64,000 nucleotides of DNA from Deltaproteobacteria bacterium (GTDB lineage: Bacteria > Myxococcota > Kuafuiibacteriia > Kuafuiibacteriales > Kuafuiibacteriaceae), in the NCBI GenBank assembly GCA_040218735.1, contig JAVJQW010000046.1, positions 1 through 64,000 on the forward strand. The letters are read 5' to 3'. Positions 57,901-64,000 of this stretch are shown here, piece after piece. The stretch's first letter is position 1; each line of letters begins with the position of its first letter. A program made the translations under genes and the position numbers. The notes beneath the pieces are model-generated. The model was not told the DNA's origin. It saw nothing but the letters and a program-made list of their open reading frames with translations, and did not search any database.

Positions 57901-59968
57901 CGACTGCTACATCGACCACGCGGACACGACGTGCACGCAGAGCTTCGACGTCGAAGGTCCCGACTACGTGTCGATCCTCCGCGCGGACGACATCGCGTAC
58001 CAGGTGTGCCTCCTCACCGAGAAGCGCCTCGCCATCTTCGATGTGTTCCCGTTCGTCCCCTTCGTGGTGGGCGGCGCGCCTGGGCAGAGCACGACCCTGA
58101 TGTCGGCGGGCCTCTGCGGGCGCAACGGTGGCACGATCGCCGTCGAAGCCTGCGGCGAGGACGAGATCTGCTACAGCTGCACGAGCGACGACGAGACGGT
58201 CACGATGCAGATGACGCAGGCGGAGCTCATGGAGCTCGGCGGCGGCCTCGACGTCCCGCTGAAGGCGCGCACTGCGGCGCGGTCGGCCTGTGCGGACCGT
58301 TTCCCGAACGCGCGCACCACGCTGCCGAGCCTCGAAGACGTCCCCGGCGTCGACCTCGACGTGCCCGCCTGCTACCGCGGTGCGCTCGGTGAGCAGGCGC
58401 TGACGCTCCGTGCGCTCGCCACCGAAGTCGAGATCGCGCGCTCCGAGCTCGCGGAGCTGAACGACGCGTACGACATCGCGATCCAGAGCTGCCTGATCCT
58501 CCAACAGGGCAACGTCCAGATCGAGGACGCCACCGCGAAACACAACGAGACGATGACCGAGCTGCGCGAAGCGAAGCTCGCGGCGGACATCGTCGCCAAC
58601 GTCGCCGCTGGCGTGAAGGACTGCGCATCGTCGGTCGGGGTGTCACCGTTTGCTTCCGGCGCCGCGTGCGCGGGCGCGGCCACCGAGGCGGCGGCGCTCT
58701 CGGTGTCCGACGGCATGGCCTTCGCGATGGAGGAAGCCCAGCAGAAACACGACACGCTCATCACGCAGATCGAGAACGACATCTCCGAGCGCACGTGTTT
58801 CAACGAGGCCGAGCTCGAGCTGGTCGGCGCGCGCACCGCTGTGCTCCGCATCCAGCAGACGATGATCGAGCTCGAAGCCGCGAACCTCGCGTTCGAGAAC
58901 ATGAAGGTCGCAGCGCAGGGCGTCTGGGACGACGGACACGCAAACCTGGCCTTCCTCGAAGAGCGGTTCGTGACCCCGATGGCGCACGACTACTGGCTCG
59001 ACGAACGCGTCACGACGTACGAGCGGAGCTTCCGCCTCGCGAAGCGTGTCACCTACCTCACCGTGCGCGCCGTGGAGTACGAGCTTCAGCAGACGTTGGT
59101 CGATACGAGCGGCGAGTCGCTCCGCAACCTGTCGCTCACGGCGGAGAGCCCGTCGGATCTCGAGGGAGTACTGCAGGAGCTGTACAGCTTCGCCGGCGTT
59201 CGGAGCATCAACGGCAACCGCCCCACCGACTCGAAGGTGGTCGTGAGCCTGCGTCGGCATCTGATGCAGCTCGCCGACGGCTCGTCGCGGCCCGCCGGTT
59301 GGCAGACGCTCACGGAAGAAGAGCGATTCCAGCTGCTGCTGTCGGATTCGCGCTACGCGACGTTCGATGACGACGGTCGCTACCTCGGGCAGCAGATCCC
59401 ATTCACGGTGTCGCCGCTCGGTACGCTCGGCCTCGGCGACGCACAGGGCATCGGTGTCCTCGCGGCGAACTCCTGCGCGGAGCGCGTGTGGTCGGTGAAC
59501 GCGTCGATCGTCGCGAGCGGTGACTTCTTCGTGGGTGACGATCCGTCGTTCATCAACGTCGATCTATTGAAGCGAAACACCTTCTACAGCCAGTGGTGCA
59601 GCTCGCGGGGCCGCGAGGATGCGTTTCAGTTGGCGTCGGTGCGCCCGTCGAAGAACCTCTTCCGCGACCCGAGCGCGGGCGTCGCAGTGGGCGGCACGTT
59701 CCTGGGTGTGCAGAACGAGACCGCGGCCTACACGCGGGCGCAGATCGAAGCGGTGTTCAACGTGTCTCGCGAGGACTTCTCGGATGACGCCTACGCCAAC
59801 GGTCAGACCACGCAGCTCGCCGCGCGCGGCCTGTATGGCGAGTACGCGCTGTTCCTCCCCGCTGCCATCATCAGCGAGACGACGGGGAACACGGCGAGCA
59901 GCGGGCTGGACCTGACCAAGGTCGAGGACATCCTGCTGCGCATGGACTACGTGTCCGTCGCCCGTTGA
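54956..59968 (+). CDS. 1670-aa Cys-rich lipoprotein with a C-terminal Tc-toxin TcA-like region
   Basis: Lipobox LAAC, DAG linker and Cys knots; long heptad helices around a small/hydrophobic hairpin; LAFLEERF..YWLDERV; ends VEDILLRMDYVS. Confidence 0.75.
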   Translation: MRLRLLLIPTLILAACSGSESADDPTDPTPDAGFTPEDAGTTPRDAGTAPHDAGTTASLWACSPDAERIAAREACVRDADCPCGTACTLGVCQAACATDDDCTDAVCGRFGTCVAEISRDAPRAIDRVADGVLHATPEYLVASDTLGVRPIVVTAQTRALDTVRVAASDGVEVKCPGGAFAAECLVEGVTVDERVEVEVQLTAPLADAEIRRVQIFAANQRAEVGVTSDAAVRSAIALDDDAPLAGIYTGHARRLGLAPLTLPISARLYDDGTNVVFEAEDPWRIFHPSGRLIGTATTGAAADLVTSAMRFPATLHDDGDFVPAATGALVIDETRTMEFFYDVGGAADVRWHFALERAGELPGGTAPVVPEDDPTPDIDSYVDALGDNWQTNSIARRYAFAEYLVSPESRLELCGPELFSTITIEATNVLFTGSAEGDGGSVGSSGNPLVDMFTGASRVNRTELRYESGAWGNGNDTGNAIPCAIEFERFQTTQSGHQIVFDPGTVDHCATLAEDTGCTVYATPSPRSIEIIYSGVQAPSGFAYPYVRDAAIVGVCRMDGALAKRCGEAVSCFERSGSDTLSSHLTAGALVPATGDLTCTAGGETLAFDADLTLDDAGTLFATCLEELTDAPDAPPANGDIAGSLTSWFPNRSCVEKTRELTAIEAFAQSAEGRPGAHRLLQRWLGLHAFLAREGAQRVHLPSAVVQTSPSDLDAREILELSVDAWEPVLGSMALVLADDDVLAMPDYRPWFDDTAPAATGTEELAQGLPVLVLDTIVAQVELAEAYLELSQTDLTGAGLRRMGRVLRYASEAESMAEAAYARMPNATWSADYLARRDSLRAAIGRVSAKLTALGTGDNLLGVAEDDLPLYFFGDEMTASQRFTAISDFLLGDSFNSLTAWAPQVVAQADTDLEDARTAFIAQSDRELQRTRDTRDQEILIQNLKQQYGDDLFNLCGAPSTLLGAQLLEEWETGQGRPFSPDDCYIDHADTTCTQSFDVEGPDYVSILRADDIAYQVCLLTEKRLAIFDVFPFVPFVVGGAPGQSTTLMSAGLCGRNGGTIAVEACGEDEICYSCTSDDETVTMQMTQAELMELGGGLDVPLKARTAARSACADRFPNARTTLPSLEDVPGVDLDVPACYRGALGEQALTLRALATEVEIARSELAELNDAYDIAIQSCLILQQGNVQIEDATAKHNETMTELREAKLAADIVANVAAGVKDCASSVGVSPFASGAACAGAATEAAALSVSDGMAFAMEEAQQKHDTLITQIENDISERTCFNEAELELVGARTAVLRIQQTMIELEAANLAFENMKVAAQGVWDDGHANLAFLEERFVTPMAHDYWLDERVTTYERSFRLAKRVTYLTVRAVEYELQQTLVDTSGESLRNLSLTAESPSDLEGVLQELYSFAGVRSINGNRPTDSKVVVSLRRHLMQLADGSSRPAGWQTLTEEERFQLLLSDSRYATFDDDGRYLGQQIPFTVSPLGTLGLGDAQGIGVLAANSCAERVWSVNASIVASGDFFVGDDPSFINVDLLKRNTFYSQWCSSRGREDAFQLASVRPSKNLFRDPSAGVAVGGTFLGVQNETAAYTRAQIEAVFNVSREDFSDDAYANGQTTQLAARGLYGEYALFLPAAIISETTGNTASSGLDLTKVEDILLRMDYVSVAR

Positions 59969-59984
59969 CCGGTTGGGGGCACGG

Positions 59985-61583
59985 TCAGTGCCCCCAGCTC
60001 ATCGCGACCACGTAAGCCACGGTCGCCGCCGTCGCGATCGCGACCACCACCCACGGCCACCGCGAGGGCGGGGCGGGCTCGGGCACCAGCTCCTCGAGCC
60101 GGCCCACCGCGCGCGTGGGCGCGACGTCGTTCGAGGCGGTCGACGGCGCGAGCTCCACCCGCCGCGTCGGACCCACCGGGCCGTCCTCGGTCGGCGGCTG
60201 CGACGCCGCCGACAACGTCCGTTGCACGGCGCGGAGGCGTCGCACCGTCGATGAGTAGGCGGGCTCGGCTTCCTCCGCGTCCTCGACGTCCTCTTCGTCC
60301 ACGATGTCGTCGGTCGTCGTGAGCTGCACCTTCGAGGCCCCCGCGGCCGGCAGCGACGGGTTCGTCGGCTCGGCGGTGATCGCCGCGAAGTCCAGCGGCA
60401 TCAGCCGGCTGAACACGTCGCGCCCCATCACCGTCGCGAGCGGATCGCCCGGCACCACCTCCGCGAGGTCGCGCAGCCGTGACGCGACCTGGGCCGCGGT
60501 CTGCATCCGCTCCTCCGGCAACACCGCGGTCATCTGTACGAGCAGCTCGGCGACCGCGTTCGGGACGTCGTACTTCGCCTCGTCCAGGCACGCGCGCATC
60601 GCCGGCTCGCTCTCGGTGATCAACATCAGCTGCGGCGGCAGCACCCGTCGCCCGCCGATCATCTCCGCGAGGATCAGCCCCAGCGCGAAGATGTCCGCGC
60701 GGCTGTCGACGCGGGTTCCCGAGCGGCACTGCTCCGGCGCCATGTACCCGAGCTTGCCGCGGAGCTGACCGTGCTGCGTCTCGGTGTCGCGCCCCGCGAA
60801 GCGCGCGATCCCGAAGTCGACGAGCTTCACGATCCCCTCGCGCGACAGCAGCACGTTGTGGGGCGTGACGTCGCGGTGCACGAGCTCCAGCGGCGAGCCG
60901 TCTTCGCGCGTGGCGGTGTGTGCGTAGGCCAACGCCTCCGCCGCCTGCGCGCCGAGCTCCAACACCGAGCGCAGCGGCAACCGCGCTGGGTCGATCAGAC
61001 GCGCGAGCTCCCGCAGCGAGATCCCGTCGATGAGCTCGAACGCGAGGTACGGGACCCCCTCGACCTCGCCGCGATCGTACAGCTGCACGATCCCGGGGTG
61101 GTTCAGCCGCGCGCACGCCTGACCCTCCTCCTCGAAGAGCTGCCGAAGCTGTGGGTGGTCGGCGATCTGCGGGAGCATCACCTTCACCACCGCGAGCCGC
61201 ACCTCGGAACCCGCGCGCGCGCGCGCCGCCAGCCGGACCTCGGCCATCCCGCCGCGCCCGATCACCCCGAACAGGACGTAGTCACCGAACGGCTTGCCCG
61301 ACGCGTCGACGCCCTGCCGCCGCACCTCCCGGAGCTGCGCCAAGAACTCGGGCGCCAGCTCGGACGTGGACGGCTCTTCGGCGATGCGCCCCTCGGCCCG
61401 CGCCTTCTCGACCAGCGCGGTCAACGCGCGTCGATCCACGCGGCGGGTGGTCGGGTCGAAGACCGAGTCGGTCGCGTCGTCGAACTTCGGGTGGAACGTC
61501 GCCGTCCCCGCGCCCGCGACCGCCGATGGACCCGACGGCAGCTCGGTCGGCGCCTCGTCGTCGTGCGAACCGTCGCGACTCAC
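59985..61583 (-). CDS. Membrane Ser/Thr protein kinase
   Basis: GRGGMAEV, VVK, HRDVTPHN, DFG, GKLGYMAPE; C-terminal TM. Confidence 0.9.
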   Translation of the reverse strand: MSRDGSHDDEAPTELPSGPSAVAGAGTATFHPKFDDATDSVFDPTTRRVDRRALTALVEKARAEGRIAEEPSTSELAPEFLAQLREVRRQGVDASGKPFGDYVLFGVIGRGGMAEVRLAARARAGSEVRLAVVKVMLPQIADHPQLRQLFEEEGQACARLNHPGIVQLYDRGEVEGVPYLAFELIDGISLRELARLIDPARLPLRSVLELGAQAAEALAYAHTATREDGSPLELVHRDVTPHNVLLSREGIVKLVDFGIARFAGRDTETQHGQLRGKLGYMAPEQCRSGTRVDSRADIFALGLILAEMIGGRRVLPPQLMLITESEPAMRACLDEAKYDVPNAVAELLVQMTAVLPEERMQTAAQVASRLRDLAEVVPGDPLATVMGRDVFSRLMPLDFAAITAEPTNPSLPAAGASKVQLTTTDDIVDEEDVEDAEEAEPAYSSTVRRLRAVQRTLSAASQPPTEDGPVGPTRRVELAPSTASNDVAPTRAVGRLEELVPEPAPPSRWPWVVVAIATAATVAYVVAMSWGH

Positions 61584-61650
61584 CGTCCGCCCGGTTTAAC
61601 GCAGCGTCGTCCGATTTGACACCCACGCGGCCCCTTCCTAAACAGAGTCG

Positions 61651-62961
61651 GTGACGCGCGACGCCCATACTTCGACGCTGACCGTCGCCGGGGGCGACGC
61701 GCAGCAGCTCGAGCGCCGCACGTTCGTCCTCCACGTGGTCGAAGGGCCGGACGCCGGGACGTCCCGCGAGGTCGGCGCGGGCCACATGGTCATCGGCTCC
61801 GCCGCCGACGCCGACCTCGTGCTCACCGACCCGACCATCTCCCGCCGCCACGTCGAGCTCCGCGCGCTCTCCGACGGCGTGCTCGTCGTCGACCTCGACA
61901 GCAAGAACGGGACGCGGGTGGGGGGCATCCGGGTCAAGGAGGCGCTCCTCCCCCCCGACGGCACGTTCGCGCTGGGCTCGACGACGGTGCGTGTCGAGCA
62001 GGTCCGAGAGGCGCTCGACGTCACGCCCGACGGCACGGTCCGCTTCGGCGACTACCTCACCTGCAACAAGAAGCTCGCCGCGCAGCTCGAGCTGTTGCGC
62101 CGCGTCGCGAAGTCCGAGGCCACCGTCCTCGTCGAGGGCCCCACCGGCACCGGCAAGGAGCTGCTCGCCCGCGGGATCCACGACGCCTCCGAGCGCAAGG
62201 ACGCACCGTTCATGGTCGTCGACTGCAGCGCGGTGAGCCCGTCGCTGCTGGAGAGCCAGCTCTTCGGGCACAAGAAGGGTGCGTTCACCGGCGCCGTCGA
62301 AGATCACCAAGGCGCGTTCGAGGCGGCGCAGGGCGGCACGGTCTTCCTCGACGAGCTCGGCGAGCTGCCGCTCGACCTGCAACCCAAGTTGCTCCGCGCG
62401 CTCGAGGCACGAACGATTCGCCGCGTCGGCGAGGTCGTCGATCGTCCCATCCAAGTGCGCTTCGTCGCGGCGACCAACCGCGACCTCAAGGCGATGGCGA
62501 AGGCCGGCACGTTTCGCGACGACCTCTACTACCGCGTCGCCGTCGTGCGCGTGAGTGTCCCGCCGATCGCGGAGCGTCCCGAAGACGTCCCGCTCCTCGC
62601 GCAGCACTACGTCGACCAGCTCACGGAGGGCATGCGTGTGCTCTCGCCCGACGCCTACCTCACCCTCTCGCAGTACGACTGGCCCGGCAACGCCCGCGAG
62701 CTGCGCAACGTGATCCAACGGGCGCTCGCCGTGTCCGACAAGTCGGAGATCGAGCCCGAGGACCTGTTCGTGGAGTCGAGCGAGGAGTCCCCGGCGTCGT
62801 TCCACGAGGCGAAGGACCAGCTGATCGCCTCGTTCGAGGTGCGCTACGTGCGCGCGCTGCTCGAGCGCCATCGGGGAAACGTCAGCCGCGCCGCGAAGGA
62901 AGCGGGACTTTCGCGCAACGCACTCTATGCGCTGATGAAACGCGCGGGCGTTTCCACGTAA
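61651..62961 (+). CDS. FHA-domain sigma54-dependent activator (Fis-type HTH)
   Basis: FHA ISRRH..SKNGT; [31 protein letters not shown]; [17 protein letters not shown]. Confidence 0.95.
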   Translation: MTRDAHTSTLTVAGGDAQQLERRTFVLHVVEGPDAGTSREVGAGHMVIGSAADADLVLTDPTISRRHVELRALSDGVLVVDLDSKNGTRVGGIRVKEALLPPDGTFALGSTTVRVEQVREALDVTPDGTVRFGDYLTCNKKLAAQLELLRRVAKSEATVLVEGPTGTGKELLARGIHDASERKDAPFMVVDCSAVSPSLLESQLFGHKKGAFTGAVEDHQGAFEAAQGGTVFLDELGELPLDLQPKLLRALEARTIRRVGEVVDRPIQVRFVAATNRDLKAMAKAGTFRDDLYYRVAVVRVSVPPIAERPEDVPLLAQHYVDQLTEGMRVLSPDAYLTLSQYDWPGNARELRNVIQRALAVSDKSEIEPEDLFVESSEESPASFHEAKDQLIASFEVRYVRALLERHRGNVSRAAKEAGLSRNALYALMKRAGVST

Positions 62962-63084
62962 GGTCGCGTGTTTGGCACGGCCCGCCGGGTCCGACGGATG
63001 ACCGATGAGCCGTCGTCTGTTTCTTGCGCTCCGACGTCCACGCTCTATTAAATCGAGATTCGCCGCTCGCGTTTCTTGGCATCC

Positions 63085-64000
63085 ATGTCGCGTTTGAAGA
63101 TCGTCGTCGTCGACCCCAACCCGCGGGTCACACTCTCGGCACACCGCATCCTGAGCGGTGAGTGCCACGACGTCTTCGCCGCCAACGGCATCGCCGACGC
63201 CGTGCGGATCACGCAGCGCGAGAAGCCCGACGTCGTGGTTCTCGACGCCGAGCTCGCCGCGCCGTACACGCTCCGCGAGCTCGCCCAGGCGACGCACCAC
63301 GAGCTGGCGCTGGTCCTGACCTCGACGCACAGCACGACGATGACGCCCGAGGTGATGGAGGGCGTGCGGATCGTCGGCGTCGTCGAAAAGCCGTTCTCCG
63401 CGGGGGCGCTGGTCGACGCGGTGGAGATCGTCGACGAGTTCGAGGAGCCGACGCTCAGCGGCATCGACGCCCTGGACGACGCGCTCTTCGCGACCGCGCA
63501 GGACACCCCCGAGGCCGACCCGCCGGAGGCGACGCTGGAGATCTCGCTGGAGCCCCCCGCGGCGACGACGCCCGAGGTGGTCGTCGTCCACGACTCGCGC
63601 GACGCGACGGTGCAGATTGTCCCCGCGGACCTCGACTTCATCCACCGCGCGCAGCCGCCCGGGGCGACCAGCGCACCCGACGCCGCGACGGAGCTCGGCG
63701 CCGCGGCGGCTGAAACGCAGGACGCCGCGACGGCCCTCGGCTCGGCCGCCGTCGAAGCGGACGAACACGGCGTCGACACGGAGGAGTCCCTCGAAGAGGC
63801 CCCCCGCGCCCCCTCCGCACAGCATGTCTTCGACACCATCGAGGACGACCCGGACGTCACGCCGCGCGCGCGGCAGCTCGCCGATCGGATCTGTCACGAG
63901 TTCCCCGGCCTCGGTCAGGACGCCATTCACCGCCGGCTCCTCGATCGCGCGTGTGCGCTCGCGCTGGAGGACGAAGCCGAGAAGGCGCCGCTCACCCGGG
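63085..64000 (+). CDS. Receiver-domain protein with an acidic linker (partial, runs off the window)
   Basis: MSRLKIVVVD...PDVVVLDAEL...EKPFS; open to the window end and absent from the ORF track. Confidence 0.8.
   Translation, partial: MSRLKIVVVDPNPRVTLSAHRILSGECHDVFAANGIADAVRITQREKPDVVVLDAELAAPYTLRELAQATHHELALVLTSTHSTTMTPEVMEGVRIVGVVEKPFSAGALVDAVEIVDEFEEPTLSGIDALDDALFATAQDTPEADPPEATLEISLEPPAATTPEVVVVHDSRDATVQIVPADLDFIHRAQPPGATSAPDAATELGAAAAETQDAATALGSAAVEADEHGVDTEESLEEAPRAPSAQHVFDTIEDDPDVTPRARQLADRICHEFPGLGQDAIHRRLLDRACALALEDEAEKAPLTR

Noticed and set aside
62972-62988. TTGGCACG just downstream of the sigma54 activator
   Set aside because: The GC is 2 nt off the required -12 position.

Overview
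High-GC bacterial DNA. The gene content (five Hanks-type Ser/Thr kinase genes, an FHA-sigma54 activator, Cys-rich and DGG/DAG-linker lipoproteins) points to Myxococcota by inference. About 40 CDSs are supported; no rRNA, tRNA, CRISPR array or intact IS was seen. Housekeeping genes include recC/recB/recD, rsmE, glgA, bfd-bfr with a Fur-box-like site, an RraA-family gene and an acetyl-CoA hydrolase-GNAT fusion. Four items stand out. (1) An operon (8109-17737) built on a 2208-aa membrane protein (Ser/Thr kinase, three tandem FIST/NosP domains, two STAS-like modules, TM, PDZ), followed by an RsbW-like kinase and a PP2C phosphatase; this is a candidate heme/NO-responsive partner-switching system. 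(2) A 1670-aa lipoprotein whose C-terminal third resembles the Tc-toxin TcA channel and TcB-binding region, with no TcB/TcC in the window. (3) A coupled hflX-like/ABC-F operon behind a 6-codon uORF (MFYEFL) and a 16S-3'-end-like anti-SD sequence. (4) An orphan terminator and hairpin unit that suggests an unannotated sRNA. All family assignments come from motifs recognised by eye, not from database searches.
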